Both the position numbers and the translations under genes were made by a program. Positions 9,940 through 17,250 of a stretch of 60,470 nucleotides of DNA are shown piece by piece. Source of the stretch: an uncultured Clostridia bacterium. GTDB taxonomy: Bacteria; Bacillota; Clostridia; TANB77; CAG-508. The number at the start of each line of letters is the position of its first letter. Position 1 is the first letter of the stretch. The notes beneath the pieces were generated by a model. That model was not told the origin of the DNA and did no database searches. It worked only from the letters and a program-made list of their open reading frames with translations. Location of the stretch: positions 671 through 61,140 of the forward strand of contig CAORJJ010000002.1 of assembly GCA_948517135.1 (NCBI GenBank), in the 5' to 3' direction.

Positions 9940-11739
9940 CTAGTGCCATAATTTGGTCCACCACCGTATATTTCCAATACCAAATTTTGAAGTTAATGAA
10001 GAGTACACAAACCAAAAACCTCCACCACGTATAGAACGATAATCTTCATCTTGTATTGTCATACTTATTTCACAAGTATTCCCAGCCATATCATATATGT
10101 TATTTACTTTTGAATATTCTGTACTTCCTGTTGGAATATATTTTTCTTGATTATATTTTTTTTCACTTATTGTCATATTAATATCAGAATAATACTTGAA
10201 TTCAGAATATTTAAAATTTCCCCACATTGGTGAACTCAAATCTACAAGCCTGTTAGTTATTAATGAACCATCTGATATTCTAATTGCATTAGAACTTACA
10301 AACCAACTTAAAGTTGCATCCCACAAACATCCCCAAACAGGCATAGTTGTTACTGCATCATTACTCTCTCCAATCTTTTTACATTTTATATAATTAACAT
10401 ATGAATTATGATTAGTATTATCTTCTTTCATCTTTTTTACAGAAGGTACTGCCTCGTCAAAATCAGTAGTTTCATATCTTCCCATATAAAATCCACCATA
10501 CTTTTCAATACTTTTCATTGTTTTGTAAAAATATTGTTCTAATTCTTTAGATAAATACTCATATCTTTTTTCTCTATTTCCATATGCTAGCATATCATTT
10601 TCTCTACCATCTATATTGTTACCAAGATTAGGTTCCCTAACGCCATTAGGATTAATTATTTTCATTATTCCATTTTCTTCAGTCCAATTATCAGGATTTC
10701 TACCATTAGCACTAAATAAATACATTTTACCAAAAAGCTTTCCTTTTTCATCTACTCCAAATAATTCAGATACGTTTTCTATTGGAACCCATACATACTG
10801 ATTTCTTTCTGTCTGTATTTTTAAAGTATTTTTATCTTGTTCTAGCATCCAACTATCATCATATTCTGTTGTTTCAAATTTATTGGTAGTTTCCTTTTCT
10901 ATACTATCATCAGTACTATTTACATTTTCACTTACTACATTATTTACAATTTCATTATTTACTACATTTTCAACTATTGTATTTGATATAGTATTTTCTC
11001 CTATATTTTCATTTACTACATTTTCTATACTATTTTGATTATTGATTGTATTTTCTTCTACTGTATTTATAATTTCATTTTCTACTACATTAACATTTTC
11101 AATATTTGCTACACTATGGCTATCTATCACAGTATTTTGAAGTGTTTCATTTTGTACAGTATTTTCTACTATATTTTCATTTACTACATTTTCTATATTG
11201 GTTGTATTCTCCAAATCATCAGAATTTATTGTATTATCTACTGTATTATTCCCTATTGTATTACTTGATATATTATTAATTGTATTATTATCTGCTATAT
11301 TATTATCTACTTTATTAGTTATATTGCTTTGATTTATTGTTGTAATTGAATTTGTAGAATTGCTATTTTCCTTTTTTACTTTTTCTATAACATTATCATC
11401 AATAGAAGAATTATTTTTGAGATTTTCCCAATAACTCCAATCTATATCCTCACCTTCATAAATTACAAAACCGCCATTCACATTCATTTCTCCTGGAATT
11501 TTTGAAGCAGAATATCCTTTAGGTACTGGAACCCATTTTCCTTCTATACTTTTTACCATTTTTACATTTTCACTTATTGAATCTGGCTCATCTCCATTTG
11601 TTGCTTGAGTTTTTCCAGATATGGAAATAATAATTGATATAATAGCTATTATTGCTCCTAGCAATACTGTAATTGTAGTCCCCCTACTTTTTAGTATCTT
11701 TATTGCTTCCATTTCAAGTCTACTTTTTTTATTTTTCAT
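9940..11739 (-). CDS. membrane-anchored protein with an N/V/E-rich low-complexity spacer and a C-terminal FGE-sulfatase (SUMF1-like) domain
   Basis: 599 aa with an N-terminal TM (ITVLLGAIIAIISIIISI). The central region has degenerate NxV/NxI repeats. The C-terminus has GGFYMGRYETT ... NIYDMAGNTCEI ... IRGGGFW, typical of FGE/SUMF1-type domains. It lies 48 nt upstream of the adhesin gene. Confidence 0.75.
   Translation of the reverse strand: MKNKKSRLEMEAIKILKSRGTTITVLLGAIIAIISIIISISGKTQATNGDEPDSISENVKMVKSIEGKWVPVPKGYSASKIPGEMNVNGGFVIYEGEDIDWSYWENLKNNSSIDDNVIEKVKKENSNSTNSITTINQSNITNKVDNNIADNNTINNISSNTIGNNTVDNTINSDDLENTTNIENVVNENIVENTVQNETLQNTVIDSHSVANIENVNVVENEIINTVEENTINNQNSIENVVNENIGENTISNTIVENVVNNEIVNNVVSENVNSTDDSIEKETTNKFETTEYDDSWMLEQDKNTLKIQTERNQYVWVPIENVSELFGVDEKGKLFGKMYLFSANGRNPDNWTEENGIMKIINPNGVREPNLGNNIDGRENDMLAYGNREKRYEYLSKELEQYFYKTMKSIEKYGGFYMGRYETTDFDEAVPSVKKMKEDNTNHNSYVNYIKCKKIGESNDAVTTMPVWGCLWDATLSWFVSSNAIRISDGSLITNRLVDLSSPMWGNFKYSEFKYYSDINMTISEKKYNQEKYIPTGSTEYSKVNNIYDMAGNTCEISMTIQDEDYRSIRGGGFWFVYSSLTSKFGIGNIRWWTKLWH
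11001..11197. repeat. in-frame 29-nt perfect direct repeat inside the FGE-domain gene (copies at 11001-11029 and 11169-11197)
   Basis: CTATATTTTCATTTACTACATTTTCTATA occurs twice, 168 bp (56 codons) apart. It encodes the IENVVNENI motif of the low-complexity region. Confidence 0.85.
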
Positions 11740-11774
11740 TATTATAGCCTCTTCTTCAAAATCTTTTACTATTA

Positions 11775-11793
11775 TTAAGTATGTAACTTAATA
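11775..11793. repeat. left inverted repeat (IRL) of a putative invertible DNA switch
   Basis: TTAAGTATGTAACTTAATA is the exact reverse complement of 11930-11948. It lies 35 bp upstream of the FGE-gene ATG. Confidence 0.8.
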
Positions 11794-11877
11794 ATACAGT
11801 ATAAAATAGATATATACTTTGAGACTGTATGTATATATTGATTTTGTAAATTGTTTTTCTGCTCAATATTCAAAATC

Positions 11878-11906
11878 TTGAAGTTTTTATAAATATGTGA
11901 TAATAT
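11878..11906 (+). promoter_or_regulatory. promoter-like element inside the invertible segment, currently pointing away from the surface operon
   Basis: TTGAAG (11878-11883) is followed by TGTGATAAT (11896-11904, extended -10; alternatively TAATAT at 17-nt spacing) on the plus strand. AT-rich DNA produces chance matches, so this is tentative. Confidence 0.4.
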
Positions 11907-11929
11907 GCATTAAAATATAAAATATATAC

Positions 11930-11948
11930 TATTAAGTTACATACTTAA
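11930..11948. repeat. right inverted repeat (IRR) of a putative invertible DNA switch
   Basis: TATTAAGTTACATACTTAA is the perfect 19-bp reverse complement of 11775-11793, separated from it by 136 bp. It lies 90 bp downstream of the recombinase stop. Confidence 0.8.
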
Positions 11949-12037
11949 ATATAAAAAGATTCATTTATCAGTACTTTAGCACGTTTTTATTATAGTACTT
12001 CTTTATTATTACTTTTTTATTACTTTTTTGTTACATT

Positions 12038-12949
12038 TTAAATCTTATCTATATATTTCTTCTTAATCTTATATGAAGAATGTACATATATGGAAAGTGT
12101 AACATCAACATTATTATGTCCTAACACTTCGCTTAAGGACTTTGCATCCATTCCAGCTCTAATGCATCTTGTTGCAAATGTATGTCTTAAACAATGAAAT
12201 TTTTTATAAAAAACATTACAATTTTTCAAGCACTTCTTATACGTAAATCTATATGTTATTGGCTCCATAAACCTTTCTTCAGTTCCAGTTAATATAAAGG
12301 AATTTTCAGAATAATCACATTTAATTTCTCTTAATTTCTTTAATAAAGTTTCAGCTATTGGTACTTTTCTTATAGATTTTATCGTTTTAGGTTCTGAAAA
12401 TACTACTTTGGTCTTCTTTTCTCCCATATAAATTCTTTGAACTGTTTTTTCAACATCTAAGATTTTTTTATTAAAGTCAATATTTTTCCATTTTAAAGCA
12501 CATACTTCTCCTATTCTAAGTCCAGTATATAAACTTATTAAAATTCCTACTTCTCTTATATTATTTGTATTTAAAAGATAATTTGTAATTCTGTTTTTTT
12601 CTCTTTCTGTTAATACTTCAATTTCTTTATTATAAATTACTGGCATATCAATTAAATCTATTTTTAAATCCATATCATACTTTCTTTCTGCATATCTTAG
12701 TATAGATTTTAAAATTGAAATTCTATCTCTCAAAGTTTTTCTAGAAATATTCTCTTTTAATTCTTCAATAATTCTATAAAAACTAGAATTTTCAATATCA
12801 TCTAAATCTACATTTTTAAAATATTTTTTTAAACATTCATTTACTACAAAACTATAATTAAAATAAGTAGATTCTTTAACCTTTGTTCTTTTGTAATTTA
12901 GCCATTCATCAAATAATTCATAAAGTTTAATTTTCAAATTACTTTTCAT
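12038..12949 (-). CDS. tyrosine site-specific recombinase (phage-integrase family), candidate invertase
   Basis: 303 aa. Box I is GLRIGEVCALKW. The C-terminal catalytic region is HCLRHTFATRCIRAGMDAKSLSEVLGHNNVDVTLSIYVH (HxxR...H...Y). AGGAGG RBS. No excisionase, phage or conjugation genes are nearby. Confidence 0.88.
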   Translation of the reverse strand: MKSNLKIKLYELFDEWLNYKRTKVKESTYFNYSFVVNECLKKYFKNVDLDDIENSSFYRIIEELKENISRKTLRDRISILKSILRYAERKYDMDLKIDLIDMPVIYNKEIEVLTEREKNRITNYLLNTNNIREVGILISLYTGLRIGEVCALKWKNIDFNKKILDVEKTVQRIYMGEKKTKVVFSEPKTIKSIRKVPIAETLLKKLREIKCDYSENSFILTGTEERFMEPITYRFTYKKCLKNCNVFYKKFHCLRHTFATRCIRAGMDAKSLSEVLGHNNVDVTLSIYVHSSYKIKKKYIDKI

Positions 12950-12981
12950 TTTTTTCCTCCTAAATTTATATTTATAAAATA

Positions 12982-13018
12982 AAATTTAGGGACATTCTTA
13001 ATAATAATCCCTAAATTT
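12982..13018 (-). terminator. hairpin terminator after the DUF1540-like gene (member of the AAATTTAGGGA/TCCCTAAATTT hairpin family)
   Basis: AAATTTAGGGA (12982-12992) pairs with TCCCTAAATTT (13008-13018) across a 15-nt loop, followed by a T-rich tract on the minus strand. Confidence 0.55.
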
Positions 13019-13031
13019 TTATTATCTTATT

Positions 13032-13196
13032 TTAATGACACTTACATTTATAACTTCCGCACATTGATTCGTCTTTGGCACTTCCATTAGAACATCCTGG
13101 ACATGCTTGAACCTCTATTTGATTTAACTCGCACATTCTGTTATCGCAATTATTATACTTACAGCTTTCTACTGTACATCTTATTTTTTGATCCAT
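13032..13196 (-). CDS. small Cys-rich protein, DUF1540-like
   Basis: 54-aa ORF absent from the ORF track (under 60 aa): MDQKIRCTVESCKYNNCDNRMCELNQIEVQACPGCSNGSAKDESMCGSYKCKCH. GGAGG RBS 7 nt upstream and a hairpin downstream. The Cys pattern resembles DUF1540 proteins of spore-forming Firmicutes. Confidence 0.7.
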   Translation of the reverse strand: MDQKIRCTVESCKYNNCDNRMCELNQIEVQACPGCSNGSAKDESMCGSYKCKCH

Positions 13197-13220
13197 AATA
13201 TAAACCTCCAAAAAAATAAA

Positions 13221-13242
13221 AATAGAGTTTTGTACTCTATTT
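13221..13242 (-). terminator. rho-independent terminator of the 548-aa membrane protein gene
   Basis: The AATAGAGT/ACTCTATT stem is flanked by an A-run and a T-run. Confidence 0.6.
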
Positions 13243-13271
13243 TTATTATTTACATTTATTTATTTTTTTAT

Positions 13272-14918
13272 TTAATAGTTTTGATAGAATTTATCTCCAA
13301 CAAAATGATACTCTAAATTTTTAACATTTTCTGTAAATTCCAAATAATTTTCTTCGTCAATATCTTTATCTTCAGGAAGTTTATAGTATAAATCATATAC
13401 TTGTTCTATTCCATCTAAAATAGTATCTCCATTTTTATTAACAAAACTCCAATTAATTGTATCTGCATATCCATAGTCATTAAATTTTATATTATCTAAT
13501 GTATCTGTTGTTAAATATAAATCACTTTCAATTAATCTTGGATTTATTGAAGCATATTCTTTTTCAAACACTTTATTATACTCTTCATTAATTACTTTAA
13601 AGAAACCATCATCTTTTCTAACTATATATCTTCCATCATCACATATATATATATCTTTATATTCTTCAGACACTTTCTCTTGATTTTCTAAATTCATAAA
13701 ATATATTGTACTTGTATTATAATCTCTAAGTAATACTTTTTCTTCAAAAAAGTCTAATAATTGTGCTTTTCCTGTCATTGGATTTTTCATACCATAATTA
13801 GTAAACCATCCTTGAGTTCTTTTATCTGTTTCAAAAAATGGAATTGTGCCATTTGAATATAGATATAAATATTTTGAGTCATAATCCAAATTTTCTGTAT
13901 CTAATGCAATTCTAATATTTATGTCATCCTTTTTGGCAAATTCATATTTATCATTATGTCCTAAATTAGATTGTGTAACTATTACATCATATTCATCACT
14001 ATAATCATATCTAAATGTGTATTCTGACTGAACTTCTGAATATACCTCTGCTCTCACCATATGATCAGTTACCTTTGGAATTTCAAATTGCATATCACCT
14101 GGTTGGCTTAAAGTTTCTTTATAAACTTTCTCTAATTCTTTCATTTTGGCTTCATAATTATCATCATTAGATTCTGTTCTATATGACATTACTGTTCTTC
14201 CATTTTTTAAAATTATATATGAACTTCCATCTTTACAAACTAATGCAATATAAAAATCTTTATCATATACATTTATTTTAATAAATGGACTTGCATAATC
14301 ATATTCAAAATTATACTTAATATCAACACTTTCACCATATTGATTTACATACCCATATTTTCCATCTTTTTTAATATTTATATATGGATCTGTAATATCT
14401 AATTCTGTTATATATTTAAAATAATCTACTTTGTATGCTGTTTCATCCTTATTTTCTTTATTTTTGATATTTTCACCTATATCTGCATATTTAAACGAAA
14501 CTATTCCTATAATACATGTTACAGAAATTACAACAATTGCAATTGATATTGCAGTAGTGCTATTTATTTCAACTAAATTTTCTTTTATACTTTTAAATAA
14601 TATAATTAATCCTGATATTATATTAAGCAATCCTATACTTGGTTCTTTTATTAATAAAAAGCTTATTGCAAAAGCACCAATTATATAAGATGTATTAAAT
14701 ACTGTATCACTTCTGTGATTATAGCTTTGTATAATATCAATCAAAACTATTGATGCCATTACTATATATATTGCTAATATTAAATTTTTTACAACATAAT
14801 TTTCCTGAATTGTAAGTAACGTTTTATCTTGTGGAACATATATTGTAAAAAATACAATTAATATTCCATAAAATAAATTCATGAAACCTATGCATAAATT
14901 AACGATTTTTCCTCTCAT
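13272..14918 (-). CDS. multi-pass membrane protein with an extracellular WG-repeat-like domain
   Basis: 548 aa with about 5 N-terminal TM helices. This is followed by KDGKYGYVNQYGESV-type (KWG/WG-repeat) segments. GAGGG RBS. Confidence 0.65.
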   Translation of the reverse strand: MRGKIVNLCIGFMNLFYGILIVFFTIYVPQDKTLLTIQENYVVKNLILAIYIVMASIVLIDIIQSYNHRSDTVFNTSYIIGAFAISFLLIKEPSIGLLNIISGLIILFKSIKENLVEINSTTAISIAIVVISVTCIIGIVSFKYADIGENIKNKENKDETAYKVDYFKYITELDITDPYINIKKDGKYGYVNQYGESVDIKYNFEYDYASPFIKINVYDKDFYIALVCKDGSSYIILKNGRTVMSYRTESNDDNYEAKMKELEKVYKETLSQPGDMQFEIPKVTDHMVRAEVYSEVQSEYTFRYDYSDEYDVIVTQSNLGHNDKYEFAKKDDINIRIALDTENLDYDSKYLYLYSNGTIPFFETDKRTQGWFTNYGMKNPMTGKAQLLDFFEEKVLLRDYNTSTIYFMNLENQEKVSEEYKDIYICDDGRYIVRKDDGFFKVINEEYNKVFEKEYASINPRLIESDLYLTTDTLDNIKFNDYGYADTINWSFVNKNGDTILDGIEQVYDLYYKLPEDKDIDEENYLEFTENVKNLEYHFVGDKFYQNY

Positions 14919-14936
14919 ACTTTACCCTCATGAGTT

Positions 14937-15617
14937 TTATTTCTTTTGTATTTCTTTATATACTATATCATATATTTCTTCGTGAATATCTTCTCTTGTT
15001 CTTAATATATTATCTCTAACACATTTAATTTCATTCCAATTATATTTATCTACTAAGCTACATGCAGCATTATACGCATCTTCTAAATGTTTTGGATCTC
15101 TTTCATGAATATCTTTTGTAGCTGTGTGAGTAAATTTATTTTCCCTATTTTTTATAAGTTCTTTTACTTTTTCTGGTGGCATATTTAAGAAAAATACTTT
15201 TGAAGGAACTGGCAAACTATATAAATTAAATTCTAAATCAAATAACCAATTTAAAAACTTTTCTCTTTCCTTTTCATCTTTAATTTTTCCTGCTTGATGT
15301 ACCATATTAGCTGTTGTATATCTATCTGCAAGAATTATTCCACCTTCGTCATAATATTTTTTATATTCTTTCTGAAATGTTGCATATCTATCTGCCGCAT
15401 AAAAGGTTGATGCTATATAAGGACTAACATCTTGTGCATTTTCTCCAAACTCTCCTGATAAATACATTTTTACAAGTGAAGATGATGGACTATCATAATT
15501 AGGAAAACTTACAGTTTTATATTCTATTCCTTCTTTATCTAAATGCTGTTTTAATAAATCAAATTGAGTTTGTTTTCCACTTCCATCAGTTCCATCTATT
15601 ACAAATATTTTTCCCAT
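14937..15617 (-). CDS. tmk: thymidylate kinase family protein
   Basis: 226 aa. P-loop is IDGTDGSGKQTQ; DRY motif is ADRYTTANMVH. Confidence 0.75.
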   Translation of the reverse strand: MGKIFVIDGTDGSGKQTQFDLLKQHLDKEGIEYKTVSFPNYDSPSSSLVKMYLSGEFGENAQDVSPYIASTFYAADRYATFQKEYKKYYDEGGIILADRYTTANMVHQAGKIKDEKEREKFLNWLFDLEFNLYSLPVPSKVFFLNMPPEKVKELIKNRENKFTHTATKDIHERDPKHLEDAYNAACSLVDKYNWNEIKCVRDNILRTREDIHEEIYDIVYKEIQKK

Positions 15618-15632
15618 AATTTTTTGACCTTC

Positions 15633-17231
15633 CTATTTCTTTTCGATTCTACTAAATAATGGTTCTATATTTTCTAGTTTTAATTCTTTTTCTACTGTTA
15701 TAAAATTCCAACTACCTTCTGGCAAATTCAAATATTTTCTAATTTTTTTACATGCTGTTGGCATTACTGGTTCAAATAAATTTGATAAATTTGCGATTAT
15801 TACTGTACATGTATAAATAATATTATTAAATTCTTCAATATTTTCTTTTTTAGCAATCCAAGGTTCTTTTTCATCATAGAATTTATTTCCTAGTTCTACT
15901 AGTTCCATCACTCTTTTTACTGCTTCTCTAAATTCTAATTTTTCAATTAATTCTCCAACTTCTTCATAAGTTTTTTCTATTGAATCTTTTATTTTTTCAT
16001 CTAAATTACCTGCTGGAACTTCTTCTAATCCTTTAAATCTTAATGTTCTATTTACTAGATTTCCAAATTTATTTAAAATTTCACCATTATGTGTATTTTC
16101 AAAATCTTCAATTGTAAAGTTTGTATCTTTCTTTTCTGGTCCATTAGATAATAAATGATAACGAAGTGAATCTGAATTATATAAATCTAATGCTTCTAAA
16201 GCTGTCATTCCAATTCCTTTGCTCTTAGAAAATTTTTGGTCATTGAAATTCAAATATTCTGCTGAAACTATTGTATCTACTAAGTGATAATTTTCTTCTT
16301 GACCTAATAATAGTGCATTTAAAATTATACTATGGAACATTATATTATCTTTTCCATGACACATATATATTTTATTGTTATGTCCTTCTTTCCAAAAATC
16401 TTCCCAAGTACAATCTTTTCTTTCTTCGCAAAGTTTCATTGTATTTGTGACATATCCTAAAACTGCATCTATCCATACATACATTTTTTTGTCATCATAA
16501 CCATCAATAGGAATATCTACTCCCCATGTTAAATCTCTTGTTACTGCTCTATCTAATAATCCTTGTTTTAGATATTTAGTTGTTTCATTTTGAGCATTTA
16601 TTCTCCATTCTGATTTTACTTTTTCTGTATGATCTTCTATTTGTTTTTGAAATTTTGAAAGAGCCAAATATAATACTTTATTTTCTCTTTCTACAACTTT
16701 AGATCCGCAATCTATACAATTACCATCCATTAGTTCTTTACCTGTTGGAACATGAAGACAGCTATCGCATTGATCGCCTTTTGTTTCAGCTCCACATTCT
16801 GGGCATTCTAAAATAATCTCTCTGTCTGATAAAAATTTATTACAATGTTCGCAATAAGCTTGTGGTTCTATCTTTTCATAAATATATCCATTATCATATA
16901 ATTTTCTAAATAATTCTTTTACTTTTTCTTTATGATAATCCTCAAATGTTCTTGAATATAAATCATACGAAAATTGATATCCTTCAAACATTCTATTAAA
17001 TTCTTCATCATATTTACTTGCAATATCTTTTGGTGAACATTTCTCTTTTTTTGCTCTTTCTGTAATTGGAGTTCCATGACAGTCTGAACCTGATACATAA
17101 AGAACATTATCACCTTTTAATCTATAATATCTTGCAAGAAAATCTCCTGAAATTAATCCTGCAATGTGTCCTAAGTGCAATGAGCTATTGGCATATGGCC
17201 ATGCTCCTCCTATTAAAATGTTTCTTTTCAT
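15633..17231 (-). CDS. metG: methionine--tRNA ligase
   Basis: HLGH (HIGH) and KFSKS (KMSKS) signatures plus zinc knuckles CPECG...CDSC...CIDCG. Start moved to MKRNILIGG (ATG 17231, GGAAGAGAG RBS), because the longer track ORF overlaps the upstream gene. Confidence 0.93.
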   Translation of the reverse strand: MKRNILIGGAWPYANSSLHLGHIAGLISGDFLARYYRLKGDNVLYVSGSDCHGTPITERAKKEKCSPKDIASKYDEEFNRMFEGYQFSYDLYSRTFEDYHKEKVKELFRKLYDNGYIYEKIEPQAYCEHCNKFLSDREIILECPECGAETKGDQCDSCLHVPTGKELMDGNCIDCGSKVVERENKVLYLALSKFQKQIEDHTEKVKSEWRINAQNETTKYLKQGLLDRAVTRDLTWGVDIPIDGYDDKKMYVWIDAVLGYVTNTMKLCEERKDCTWEDFWKEGHNNKIYMCHGKDNIMFHSIILNALLLGQEENYHLVDTIVSAEYLNFNDQKFSKSKGIGMTALEALDLYNSDSLRYHLLSNGPEKKDTNFTIEDFENTHNGEILNKFGNLVNRTLRFKGLEEVPAGNLDEKIKDSIEKTYEEVGELIEKLEFREAVKRVMELVELGNKFYDEKEPWIAKKENIEEFNNIIYTCTVIIANLSNLFEPVMPTACKKIRKYLNLPEGSWNFITVEKELKLENIEPLFSRIEKK

Positions 17232-17250
17232 ATTACTCTCTTCCTTTTTA

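Noticed and set aside
10860-11340. Repetitive stretch that might be mistaken for a CRISPR or VNTR array
   Set aside because: The repeats are degenerate, in frame and lie inside the FGE-domain ORF, encoding N/V/E/I low-complexity protein. There is no repeat-spacer regularity.
12007-12030. Tandem TATTACTTTTTT motif downstream of the recombinase stop as a regulatory repeat
   Set aside because: It is short and low-complexity in AT-rich intergenic DNA, and I could not link it to any structure or partner site.
12038-12949. The integrase as the boundary of a prophage or ICE
   Set aside because: There are no excisionase, replication, capsid or conjugation genes nearby, and I found no flanking direct repeats by eye. 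The adjacent inverted-repeat switch fits better.
16919-17113. Same-strand nested ORFs (also 30663..30845, 54316..54597, 36330..36521)
   Set aside because: They are out of frame within metG, the debranching enzyme, relA and the GT2 gene start respectively, and have no independent signals.
15618-17250. T-box leaders upstream of metG and hisS
   Set aside because: The upstream gaps are only about 20 nt (17232-17250 and 52540-52562), which leaves no room for a T-box riboswitch. Both genes appear to be co-transcribed with their upstream neighbours.
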